A stretch of 25,129 bases of DNA. It comes from a virus (Duplodnaviria > Heunggongvirae > Uroviricota > Caudoviricetes). A model generated the notes under the pieces. It did not search any database, had not been told where the DNA came from, and saw only the letters and a list, made by a program, of their open reading frames with translations. Where the stretch lies: the IMG/VR virus record IMGVR_UViG_3300035682_000012, positions 70,073-95,201 of that record; one strand, given 5' to 3'. The stretch's first letter is position 1. Every line of letters begins with the position of its first letter. This document shows positions 15,626 to 24,288 of this stretch, in pieces. A program made the translations under genes and the position numbers.

Positions 15626-16892
15626 TTATCTTAGTAAGGGTTGGTAAATTCAATGGTATAAATTGTTTTATTGTTGGAACATATTGAGTTAAAATAGTGT
15701 CAAATGATTTAGTCATTTTTTGTAAACTAAAATTTTCGTTATTATACTTACCCAATTTTTTAGATTCAACTTTATATGTGTTGTAGTTCTTATAAATATC
15801 TTTTAACTTATTAATTGCATTAGAATAATTTACATAAAACCATTGACTACCATCTATAATAAATTGATTTTGTGCCGATTTATCTACGGGTTTTAATTCA
15901 CCCTCTAATAATACTGCACCACTTTTTAAGAAATCTAAATGACCACTCCAATTAGATGCAATTACCGGCTTACCCGTCAAACTGAATTCTAATAGAGGTC
16001 TGCCGAATCCCTCACCATGTGTAAATGATACCATTGCTTTTACTTTTGGATGTTCATATAACCCATGCATTTCGGTTTCAGTTAAATCACCATGTAGTAA
16101 ATAGATTGAAGGACACTTATCACCAAATTCATTTGTAAGTGTTTCTATTCTGCCCGCCATATCTTCTCTATCTCTTACACTAAACCCAGCGGATGATGTT
16201 TTTAATACCAATGCTGGTTTTTGTTTTTCATTACTAAAAGCGTGACAAAAACTTTTGATTGTCATTCCAATATCTTTTCTATCATGTCCTAATTGACCTT
16301 GTAACCAGTGCCCGGTAATTAAGAATGCAAACTCTTCTTTGATTGCATCTAATTCCGTAATATATGGAACTTCTGCCGCACCAAATGTTGCATCATTAAA
16401 TCCTTCAAATAGAACTTCAATTGGTTTTGTAATTTTGAAATTATTAATAACTTGTTGTGTTTGATTATTTTTTTCTACATACGATGTTTTTATTAATACA
16501 TCTTTAGAAAATTCAGATGGAACTATAATCAAATCCATTTTATTACAACCATGTATCCAATCAATAGGACAAACCGTTGTTTCTATACCTGCTGAAATAC
16601 CGATATTATATGTTCCTTTTCTTTCAAATTCATTAGGAACTGTAATTTGAATAAACACATCGGGTGTTCTATCAATAGGTAATCCAATTCTATCTATGAT
16701 TTGTTTATCACTATCATTTTTTGCATTTAGACCATTCATAGGAGTACTACCCCATCTCATTGATACAATTCTAATATCGTATTTATCTAAACTAATTAAA
16801 CTTCTAACTAAATCTCTACTATGGTCTCCGTAACCACTTCGCGTTGCTACCGGTCCTTGAACTACTACTAAAGGTTTTTTAATTTCTGCCAT
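15603..16892 (-). CDS. GT4-family (GT-B) glycosyltransferase
   Basis: TRSGYG, HGEGFGRPLLEFSLTGKPVIASNWSGHLDF. Confidence 0.9.
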   Translation of the reverse strand: MAEIKKPLVVVQGPVATRSGYGDHSRDLVRSLISLDKYDIRIVSMRWGSTPMNGLNAKNDSDKQIIDRIGLPIDRTPDVFIQITVPNEFERKGTYNIGISAGIETTVCPIDWIHGCNKMDLIIVPSEFSKDVLIKTSYVEKNNQTQQVINNFKITKPIEVLFEGFNDATFGAAEVPYITELDAIKEEFAFLITGHWLQGQLGHDRKDIGMTIKSFCHAFSNEKQKPALVLKTSSAGFSVRDREDMAGRIETLTNEFGDKCPSIYLLHGDLTETEMHGLYEHPKVKAMVSFTHGEGFGRPLLEFSLTGKPVIASNWSGHLDFLKSGAVLLEGELKPVDKSAQNQFIIDGSQWFYVNYSNAINKLKDIYKNYNTYKVESKKLGKYNNENFSLQKMTKSFDTILTQYVPTIKQFIPLNLPTLTKINESDTSL

Positions 16893-16895
16893 AAC

Positions 16896-18299
16896 TTATT
16901 TTATTTTGAATAATTCGTATTTTTTTCTAGGTTTCCAATTCGTAAATGCACCATCCATTCCATTGATTAAAGTTTGACACATATTTTGTACACTTAATCC
17001 ACCAACTCCTAGTGCAAAATCTCTACCTAATATTCCTTTTTCTTTTCTTTGTTCTCTACTCATATCATACCAATGACGGATTGAATCTGCTACTTCAACA
17101 TAATCAATATGGTCTTCAAATATATAAGGTGTAGGTACTGAACCTGTAAATGAACGAGATGTTGACCAAACCGGTGTTACCCAATCTCCCCACTTTAATT
17201 TATCTTTCCATAATCTCCAATCATGTAGAGTACCCCACTTAACATAATCCGATGGTCTTGTATAATCCCAATTGCCATGCACATCTTCATTTTGGAATAC
17301 AAATCCACATTGGTCTTGTATACCACCCGTTACATTTACTATAATTGGTGTTCCTGCCATAATAGATTCTGCAGTTGCTAATCCAAATCCTTCGTTAGAT
17401 GCTATATTAATTGTAACATCTGCAATATTATAAAGATAGTTTAATTCAGTTTCATTCCATCTACCTGTATCAAATACTACATTGATTTCAGGTGCACAAT
17501 CTGCAATAACTCTAGGTAAATCTGTACCATTATCATCCACCGGTTGGGTATGCATTAACAATACGGTCTTTTTAGCTTGCTCAGGTGAAAGTGTTGCTAC
17601 AAATTCTTTGAATGCGTATATAACTTCAATCGGTTGTTTTCGTCTGATATTTCTATTACTCCAATACAATACGAAATCATATGTTTTATCCCCAAATATT
17701 TTCTTTTTGAAATCGGCAGGTACATCTGCTACTTTATAATCTTCCGGATTAATACCATGTGGTACATAACTCACTTGCCAATTTTCAGGTTGTTTCCATC
17801 TATCTTTTGAGGTTAAACTCCAAACTCTATTTGTAATACCAAATGTTTGTTTTGAAATAGTACCTATCCAATCACAACTTTCGTAGTAATCTCTATTGTA
17901 CTTAGGGTCTGGTAAATCATCCCAAATGTGGTAAAAGAATATTGGTGTATGTTGTCTGATTTCATGTTCAATATCATATAACCATATCCAATATCTCGGG
18001 TCTGTAAAGTGTAGAATAGCATCAGGTTTTTCAATTTCTAATATTTGTCTTAACTTTTCTGCCGTTCCATACCCTGTTGATGGATAAATTTTTAGATATG
18101 CATCTTCAATTCCGGTTCTACCACGAACATCATCACATAAATCTAAAATTTTACCTTCTTCTGGATGTGTTACTGCTGCACCCAATTGAACCCAATCATA
18201 GTGTTGTAGTGAACCCATTACTAATTGTTTACTCATATTAGCAATACCACTACTCATTCTTAAATCATCTGCCAATAACAGGATTTTCTTTTTTGCCAT
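16896..18299 (-). CDS. GT4-family (GT-B) glycosyltransferase
   Basis: SGIA, YVPHGI, NRNIRRK, SNEGFGLATAESIMAGTPII. Confidence 0.9.
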   Translation of the reverse strand: MAKKKILLLADDLRMSSGIANMSKQLVMGSLQHYDWVQLGAAVTHPEEGKILDLCDDVRGRTGIEDAYLKIYPSTGYGTAEKLRQILEIEKPDAILHFTDPRYWIWLYDIEHEIRQHTPIFFYHIWDDLPDPKYNRDYYESCDWIGTISKQTFGITNRVWSLTSKDRWKQPENWQVSYVPHGINPEDYKVADVPADFKKKIFGDKTYDFVLYWSNRNIRRKQPIEVIYAFKEFVATLSPEQAKKTVLLMHTQPVDDNGTDLPRVIADCAPEINVVFDTGRWNETELNYLYNIADVTINIASNEGFGLATAESIMAGTPIIVNVTGGIQDQCGFVFQNEDVHGNWDYTRPSDYVKWGTLHDWRLWKDKLKWGDWVTPVWSTSRSFTGSVPTPYIFEDHIDYVEVADSIRHWYDMSREQRKEKGILGRDFALGVGGLSVQNMCQTLINGMDGAFTNWKPRKKYELFKIK

Positions 18300-18315
18300 A
18301 ACTTATTTTATTTCA

Positions 18316-18513
18316 TTAAAATTGTGAACCACTTACTTGTAACTCTGAATGTTTTGTTAAATTGTCTCTATATGAATTATCTGTCATATATAGGTTTAAA
18401 CTTCTATTAACTAATTTTTGTAACGTAATCCCGTCAGTTATCGTATGAATCTTAAAGGATTTGTATAAATCAGTTAATATTTTTACAGATGTTAATTGTG
18501 TTTTGTCTGCCAT
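18316..18513 (-). CDS. Ribbon-helix-helix DNA-binding protein
   Basis: LTSVKI beta strand followed by two helices (DLYKSFK...TLQKLVNRSLNLY). Confidence 0.7.
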   Translation of the reverse strand: MADKTQLTSVKILTDLYKSFKIHTITDGITLQKLVNRSLNLYMTDNSYRDNLTKHSELQVSGSQF

Positions 18514-18552
18514 AATATTTTCCTTTTGTTTTATATATGTATATATATATAA

Positions 18553-19425
18553 CTATTTAAATAAAGAACACAATTTTCTCTCTTTAAATTCACACCATCT
18601 ACAATTTTTATTTTTCTCACCGGGAACTGGCTCAAAATTTGCTTGTAAATTATAATTACCATCCTCTAAAAATACTGAATCTACAAACTGCATAAAATCC
18701 TTATATCCTTTTAATGTAGTATTAGTTCCATGCGCAGGTACGAATGCTGACATATGTGGAATTGGAAATTCGTAATCTTTGTTTATCTTTCTTTTGATGA
18801 TATGATATTCTACTTTAATTTTTTCAATATCTATCTTATACTGAATAGATAGGAAATATTTGTAAAGTAATAATTGATTGATTTTGGTTTTATCCTTCTT
18901 CATATCTTTTGTCCAACCACCTCTACTTGTCTTAAAATCTATAATATAATATTCACCACTTTCTTTATGCTTCAAAAGTACATCGATGAATCCCATATAA
19001 CTTACATTCTCTTTTACTTTTAAGTTAAGTGGTTTTTCTACTCCTACTAACTCCCATCCTTTCTTTGAGAACAATCTATCACCATGTTTCCTAAACCAAT
19101 TTAAAATCTCAATACCATCCCCATAGAACTCCTCTAATTCTTCTTTGGTACAAACTACTTCACCATCACTAAACTTCTCTTGTTCCTTCTTAAAATTAGA
19201 TTTAAGAGATTCTAATAACATTAGGTTTAGGTCTAATTGATTTGCTTGTTTTTTACTTACACCATAGAAAACCGTAAGGTAATGTTGCAAAACTTCGTGC
19301 ATGGCTGTCCCAAATACCATATTGATATTTGATTTAGACTCACTTAGTTTATCTATGTATGCTAACTTGTATTGTTGTGGACAATTTGCCCACATTGTGT
19401 ATTGTGAATAACTTACTCTTGCCAT
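18553..19425 (-). CDS. PD-(D/E)XK RecB/Cas4-like exonuclease with a probable Fe-S staple
   Basis: SYSQ...CP, GTAMHE, GFIDV, IIDFKTS, QLLLY and C-terminal CRWC...C (four Cys in total). Confidence 0.85.
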   Translation of the reverse strand: MARVSYSQYTMWANCPQQYKLAYIDKLSESKSNINMVFGTAMHEVLQHYLTVFYGVSKKQANQLDLNLMLLESLKSNFKKEQEKFSDGEVVCTKEELEEFYGDGIEILNWFRKHGDRLFSKKGWELVGVEKPLNLKVKENVSYMGFIDVLLKHKESGEYYIIDFKTSRGGWTKDMKKDKTKINQLLLYKYFLSIQYKIDIEKIKVEYHIIKRKINKDYEFPIPHMSAFVPAHGTNTTLKGYKDFMQFVDSVFLEDGNYNLQANFEPVPGEKNKNCRWCEFKERKLCSLFK

Positions 19426-19430
19426 ATACT

Positions 19431-19462
19431 CTAATATACGACTATTTACTTAATTTACCAAA
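19431..19462 (-). promoter_or_regulatory. Bacteroidota-type promoter (variant -7 box)
   Basis: TTTG-GTAAATTAAGTAAATAGTCG-TATATTAG, 20-nt spacer. Confidence 0.6.
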
Positions 19463-19497
19463 AAATAGAGAGAATATCACTTATATATTATAAAAAA

Positions 19498-21078
19498 TTA
19501 TAATATCATTCTAGAGCCTATCTGAAAATTACTTAAAAAGTCAGAAAATGCTTTCGTATTTCCACTTAATTTGTAGTTAGCTGAAAATCCAAATCTCTTA
19601 CTAATTTTATAGTCAAATGCTGTACCTAATAAAAATCCCATATGTCTATTAACTGTTGTTACACCCGTTGCACTATTATAACTTATAGGTGCAAACATTG
19701 TAAATACCTGTGGTGATATTGTTAATTTTTTATTATACTGATAAGGTTTAGTCCAAAACACGATTGCCGATGTAGCCATATTGTATTCAAACCCACCCGT
19801 CTCATCGTTTTTAAGGAGTAGATTGATTACACCCACATTATAACCATATGTTCCTTTTTTTGCAGTTGGTTTGATGTATGTATATCCTAATAAATTCATA
19901 TAGTTTCCACCTAAGTATGCAATTCCAGTTCCGTATGAATGTATTGCATCTAATTGTCCATCATCCGTCATTCCCATTTTTGTTATACCACCCGTCATTA
20001 CGATTGAACTTAAATTGCTATTCACCATCAATCCCGCACTATAACTTACATCACCTGCTAACGATGATTTACTAAGTCCCATAGATATAGATGCTAAAAA
20101 ACTACCTGGAGTTGCTTCCATAACACTTATATCAGATGCCAATAGTGTTGGATTTGTTACCTCTTGTTTTTTCTTTTTTTCTTCTTCTTTTTTCTTTTCT
20201 TCCTCCTTCTTTTTCTCTTCCTCTTTTTTAGCTTCTTCTTTCTTTTCTTCCTCTTTTTTAGCTTCTTCCTTTTTCTCCTCAGTCTTTTTTTCTTCTGATT
20301 TCTTTTCTTCGGTTTTAGCTTCTTCTTTCTTTTCTTCTGTTTTAGCTTCAGTTTTCTTTTCCTCTGTTTTTTGTTCAGCAGGTTTGTCCGATTTAGTTTC
20401 AGCCGGCTTTGCTTCCGCAGGTTTTGCTTCCGTTGATGATGAACTACTTGATGAACTACTACCACTTGCAGGTGGTGGGGATGAACTTCCACTTGCAGGT
20501 GGTGGGGATGAACTTCCACTTGCAGGTGGTGGAGCGGTAACTACGGGTGGAGGGGGTGGTGGTGGTGCAATGTTTATTGGTGGTGTTGCGGCAGAACTTG
20601 CAGCTCCACTTGCGGCAGATGATGCAGCTCCACTCGCTGCTCCACTCGCGGCACTTGCGGCTGCTTTTGCTGCTGCATCCGATGCAGCTTTTGCTGCGGC
20701 ATCTGCTGCAGCTTTTGATGCAGCATCTGCGGCTGCTTTTGCGGCGGCGTCAGCGGCGGCTCTCGCTGCGGCATCTGCGGCTGCTCTTGCGGCAGCTTCC
20801 TGTGCTAATCTTATATTATCGTTTAGTGGACAAGGTGTTGCGAATATACTATTGACCCATATTTGGAATGCACCACTACTAATATCTGCCAATGTTACAA
20901 TTTTAGATTTACCTCTAATAACTGCAATAGTTTGGTTTTGTCCGAATGGAATTACAACCACATATACCTTTTGGTCACATGGGTCTATATAAGTTTGGGT
21001 AATAGTTTGACCGTCTGCTCTAAATGCAGTTAAAGTTGTAACAATTAATAATAAAATAGTTACTAGCCATTTCTTCAT
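19498..21078 (-). CDS. Exported protein: small N-domain, Ala/Pro/EK low-complexity stalk, C-terminal outer-membrane beta-barrel-like domain
   Basis: Signal peptide; (A)AADAAAK repeats, PPPASGSSS repeats, KEEEKKK runs; C-terminal alternating strands ending SNFQIGSRMIL. Confidence 0.7.
   Translation of the reverse strand: MKKWLVTILLLIVTTLTAFRADGQTITQTYIDPCDQKVYVVVIPFGQNQTIAVIRGKSKIVTLADISSGAFQIWVNSIFATPCPLNDNIRLAQEAAARAAADAAARAAADAAAKAAADAASKAAADAAAKAASDAAAKAAASAASGAASGAASSAASGAASSAATPPINIAPPPPPPPVVTAPPPASGSSSPPPASGSSSPPPASGSSSSSSSSSTEAKPAEAKPAETKSDKPAEQKTEEKKTEAKTEEKKEEAKTEEKKSEEKKTEEKKEEAKKEEEKKEEAKKEEEKKKEEEKKKEEEKKKKQEVTNPTLLASDISVMEATPGSFLASISMGLSKSSLAGDVSYSAGLMVNSNLSSIVMTGGITKMGMTDDGQLDAIHSYGTGIAYLGGNYMNLLGYTYIKPTAKKGTYGYNVGVINLLLKNDETGGFEYNMATSAIVFWTKPYQYNKKLTISPQVFTMFAPISYNSATGVTTVNRHMGFLLGTAFDYKISKRFGFSANYKLSGNTKAFSDFLSNFQIGSRMIL
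20462..20532. repeat. 27-bp tandem repeat, about 2.6 copies, coding PPPASGSSS
   Basis: ccacttgcaggtggtggggatgaactt at 20462 and 20489, partial copy at 20516. Confidence 0.9.
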
Positions 21079-21923
21079 TAGTTATTACTTAGTCCGATTC
21101 CGATTTGTGTGTAACCCCTTATAGGGTCTGTATCTAATTTTATGGTAAAGAGTTTAAAGTCTCTTGTTAGTCCAATTTTGAATGTAGTAAAGTTTGTATT
21201 TGATTTTGGAAATGATATACCACCTAAGTCATCTTTACCTTGCCATCTAATAACTTCACTACCAAATCCTATCATACCATGTATTCCCAATTTATTAATT
21301 CGTTTACCACCACCAATATAGAAAGTTGATTCTTTTTTCCAATCGGTTTTACTAAGTGTAAAATCAACGTTGTTAATTTGGCCATATGGATAGTATTGAT
21401 TTTGGTCTATTGCATAAGTCATTACATAATCCATAATGAAATATGATTTTTTACCACCTATTAATCCCCAAAATGATGCCTGTTTGTTATTTGTATATCC
21501 TAATCCAAATGCAGTATAAACTGGTTCTTTTCTAATAGTATCTCTTTTGCCATTTTCGTATATGTGAATTATACTTCTTTGTCTCCATCCAAAATCATCA
21601 TACCAAATGTAAGGAAATGGTTGATACCATCCCCAATTTCCCCAATAGTAACCAAACTGATTATTTCTATTCCAATTTTGAATACCAACTCTACCACGTT
21701 GGTTTGGTTGTGATTCTTGTGGTGGATTGTTTCTCCAACTACTCACATTATTTTGTTGTGGTATAGATGGTTGAACTCTTGTTTGAGTTGATTGTGATGT
21801 TTGTGATGATGCCGGAACACTTCCACCTGTTTGTCTCCAGCTACTAACTTGTGCATTTAACATAACTGCACATATTAAGACTAACACAATAGTTAATCCA
21901 CTAATCAATAAAAATTTTTTCAT
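21078..21923 (-). CDS. Exported protein with a Q/N-rich N-region and a C-terminal beta-barrel-like domain
   Basis: Start set at MKKFLLISG (ATG 21923); signal peptide; VSSWR twice within a Q/S/N-rich tract; aromatic-rich GYYWGNWGWYQ; amphipathic strands to the C-terminus. Confidence 0.7.
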   Translation of the reverse strand: MKKFLLISGLTIVLVLICAVMLNAQVSSWRQTGGSVPASSQTSQSTQTRVQPSIPQQNNVSSWRNNPPQESQPNQRGRVGIQNWNRNNQFGYYWGNWGWYQPFPYIWYDDFGWRQRSIIHIYENGKRDTIRKEPVYTAFGLGYTNNKQASFWGLIGGKKSYFIMDYVMTYAIDQNQYYPYGQINNVDFTLSKTDWKKESTFYIGGGKRINKLGIHGMIGFGSEVIRWQGKDDLGGISFPKSNTNFTTFKIGLTRDFKLFTIKLDTDPIRGYTQIGIGLSNN

Positions 21924-22156
21924 ATTATCTCCTTTAAACATATTCTATCCAATTCCTCTGGTCTTAATGCGAAGGTTTGTTCTTGGTTACCATTTTCTGA
22001 AATCATATTAACTATCCATAATCCCAATCTTTTTTCTTCTATTTCAATTTTTTGTCCTGTTATAAATCCCATATCCATCAATCGTAATCTTAAACATGGT
22101 GTGCAATTTTCACATGGGTCATTTTGAGGTACATCTATAACATCGTAAGTTTTCAC
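21920..22156 (-). CDS. feoA: FeoA-domain protein with an N-terminal CxxCxxC
   Basis: LRLRLMDMGFITGQKIEI...FALRPEE; GTG start. Confidence 0.75.
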   Translation of the reverse strand: MKTYDVIDVPQNDPCENCTPCLRLRLMDMGFITGQKIEIEEKRLGLWIVNMISENGNQEQTFALRPEELDRICLKEII

Positions 22157-22263
22157 TATTTCAATTTTTCTAAGATAGCTAAGTTCTTCTTTATTTGTTC
22201 TGCTGTTTTAACTCCAGAACGTTTACTTCGCATTGCTCTTTTTTTCTTTGGTGCTGTTCCCAT
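22156..22263 (-). CDS. Small basic peptide, 35 aa (not in the ORF track)
   Basis: MGTAPKKKRAMRSKRSGVKTAEQIKKNLAILEKLK*; fills the CsgG-FeoA gap, stop overlaps the FeoA GTG. Confidence 0.6.
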   Translation of the reverse strand: MGTAPKKKRAMRSKRSGVKTAEQIKKNLAILEKLK

Positions 22264-22274
22264 TTGTATAAATT

Positions 22275-22994
22275 TTATTTTGTGTAAATACCTTTTTTAA
22301 TCATTCTACCTAATATTCTTGCACACGCAATATCCAATGCCTTTTTAGTTGCTATTGAAATTGTTGATTGATTGAATTTAACCTCATCAACCGTTGCATC
22401 TGAAAGAAAAGTTAATTCTCTTTTAGTTGTTGCTTCTCCTAATCCACTTGCTGCAAATATCTCACCTGTCTCTGCATCGGTAAATCTAACTTGTAAACCA
22501 ATACGAGTAACCACCATATTTTTAACACCATTACTTAAATTTACTGTCTCATCTTCTGATACTGAATAATCATAACATTCTATCTCTACGAAATAATGTG
22601 CTAATCTAATTTTACCCCTACCATCGAGCTTATCTTGCGATATACCGCTCTGCGATGCTTGAAACTGCTTAACCATGCGATTTTTAATTTCAGTTTTATC
22701 TTCTGTAAATGTAAATCTATTAAGATTACTAAGATACTCCAATGTAATATTAGCCACACCGAGACCGACACGTTTTTCTTTAAGTTCCGGATATTGTTCG
22801 TACATTTCTTCACTTATACCACATTTTAAAATTTGAATTGGAATGGTAGGCCCGTCATAATCCATATATTGGCTTATGTCCACTTTTGTTTCAAAACTTG
22901 CTTTGTATTGTTCTGTTTTAGTTGAACCTATATTCTGACTACTTGCAACAAGACTTACCAAACAAAAACTTAATAAAACGAATAAACTTTTCAT
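22275..22994 (-). CDS. CsgG-like (curli assembly/transport family) exported protein
   Basis: Signal peptide; GLGVANITLEYL...NRFTFTE, VTRIGLQVRFTDAETGEIFAASGLGEA and IATKKALDIAC fit the CsgG-fold pattern. Confidence 0.65.
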   Translation of the reverse strand: MKSLFVLLSFCLVSLVASSQNIGSTKTEQYKASFETKVDISQYMDYDGPTIPIQILKCGISEEMYEQYPELKEKRVGLGVANITLEYLSNLNRFTFTEDKTEIKNRMVKQFQASQSGISQDKLDGRGKIRLAHYFVEIECYDYSVSEDETVNLSNGVKNMVVTRIGLQVRFTDAETGEIFAASGLGEATTKRELTFLSDATVDEVKFNQSTISIATKKALDIACARILGRMIKKGIYTK

Positions 22995-23039
22995 ACATTC
23001 TTACTTTTTATATAAATATAGAATTTTATCATTATAAAT

Positions 23040-23068
23040 AAAAAACCCCCACCGATTAAGTGGGGGTT
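23040..23068 (-). terminator. Intrinsic terminator
   Basis: AACCCCCAC-TTAATCG-GTGGGGGTT followed by further Ts, after the 23086 stop. Confidence 0.85.
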
Positions 23069-23085
23069 ATCATATTATTTTGTTA

Positions 23086-24288
23086 TTAATTACCTTTTGT
23101 TGGAAATCTAGTCCAACCACTAATCCATATTGGTTTGGATAATATTTCCATTTCAGCTTTTGTATAAGATACTTGTTTGTTACCTTCTGATAAAGCTTTT
23201 GCCTTCATATCAGCTGCAGTAAATACAATTGATGTTGATTTGAAATTTAATAATGGGTCATACGCCTGAACCTCATTGTTTTGGAATTTACTTACACCAT
23301 CTTTATATGCTTGTGCAGTTTCATTACTTTCCATTGAGAATCCCCCTTTTTGATATCCAACAATCTTTGAGTTAGTAATTGTGAATTGAGTTGCTCTCCT
23401 CCATCTTAAACCTAAATTATGGTTTGCTAATGAAGCCACATCAAATGGTCCAACTAAAATCATATTATCTAATTTAGGATGTGTAAATGGTTGTGCAGAT
23501 GTACCTGTTCCATCATTATCACATTCTACACCATTTCCAGCATCACCAGCATCTACGAATTGTGGGTCTCTCTTTGAAACTGAATACGATACTGAACCTC
23601 TATATCCAAAATCAAAATCGTAATCATCATCCGCAGTTGCATAAGCGTATAAGTTTTTTGCATTTACAGTTCCACCAAAAAATTCAAATGCATCATCGTT
23701 AGCGTAAATAGTTTGAACATTCTCAATGATTGTCCCACTACCAACTCCACCTAATGTTAGTGCGTTGATTTCAGAGTTTGGCATTGCTGCGATACCAGCG
23801 TATTCAATTCTTACATATTTTAGAATACCACTATTATCTAAATCGTTAGTACCACCATAAGGTCTACCAATGCCGCCTTCAATAGTTGGTTCGGAAGTTC
23901 TATTAGTAGTTGCTCTACCTAACAATACAACACCACCCCAATCACCAGGTGTTCTTTCACCAACTGCTTTACCTGATGTAAATATAATTGGTTTTGTAGA
24001 AGTTCCCTCTGCAATTAGTTGTGCACCTCTTTCAATAATTAATGCACCTTTCTCTGCAATATCAGAAACAATTGTTGTACCCGGTTGGATAATAAGTTTA
24101 GCACCATCAGTTACATATACATATCCTTTTAATGTCCATGTCTTGTCCGATGTTAAAGTTGTTGTTGTGTTAATGTTTCCACTTAATGTTGTTGTAGTTG
24201 GAACATTGATAGGCGTTACATCGCCACCTAATTCTTTTTTGCAGCTGAATAATCCTAATACCAAAATAAGCCCTAATAATTTTTTCAT
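23086..24288 (-). CDS. Bacteroidota lipoprotein, right-handed beta-helix type, partner of a TonB-dependent receptor
   Basis: Lipobox LFSC-KKE; WTLKGYVYV...IQPGT, GDWGGVVLLG, DNSGILKYVRIEYAG, DDAFEFFGGTV, DDDYDFDFG, NGVECDND. Confidence 0.85.
   Translation of the reverse strand: MKKLLGLILVLGLFSCKKELGGDVTPINVPTTTTLSGNINTTTTLTSDKTWTLKGYVYVTDGAKLIIQPGTTIVSDIAEKGALIIERGAQLIAEGTSTKPIIFTSGKAVGERTPGDWGGVVLLGRATTNRTSEPTIEGGIGRPYGGTNDLDNSGILKYVRIEYAGIAAMPNSEINALTLGGVGSGTIIENVQTIYANDDAFEFFGGTVNAKNLYAYATADDDYDFDFGYRGSVSYSVSKRDPQFVDAGDAGNGVECDNDGTGTSAQPFTHPKLDNMILVGPFDVASLANHNLGLRWRRATQFTITNSKIVGYQKGGFSMESNETAQAYKDGVSKFQNNEVQAYDPLLNFKSTSIVFTAADMKAKALSEGNKQVSYTKAEMEILSKPIWISGWTRFPTKGN

Noticed and set aside
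18553-19425. CRISPR-Cas locus suggested by the Cas4-like nuclease
   Set aside because: No repeat-spacer array or other cas genes in the window; stand-alone Cas4-like nucleases are common in phages.
20157-20774. Alternative-frame minus-strand ORFs (K/R-rich 20157-20519; Q-rich 20574-20774)
   Set aside because: By-products of repeat sequence inside the 526-aa gene. There is no slippery-site evidence for a programmed frameshift.
20384-20992. 202-aa plus-strand Ala/Gly-rich ORF
   Set aside because: Antisense mirror of the low-complexity stalk codons, which lack stops on the opposite strand.
22601-22813. 70-aa minus-strand ORF nested in the CsgG-like gene
   Set aside because: Alternative frame with no motif or initiation context.
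1034-23702. All plus-strand ORFs in the track (for example 1662-2036, 2127-2465, 5889-6251, 23487-23702; also 23870-24442)
   Set aside because: Each lies antisense to a better-supported minus-strand gene and has no recognisable motif; they are shadow ORFs.
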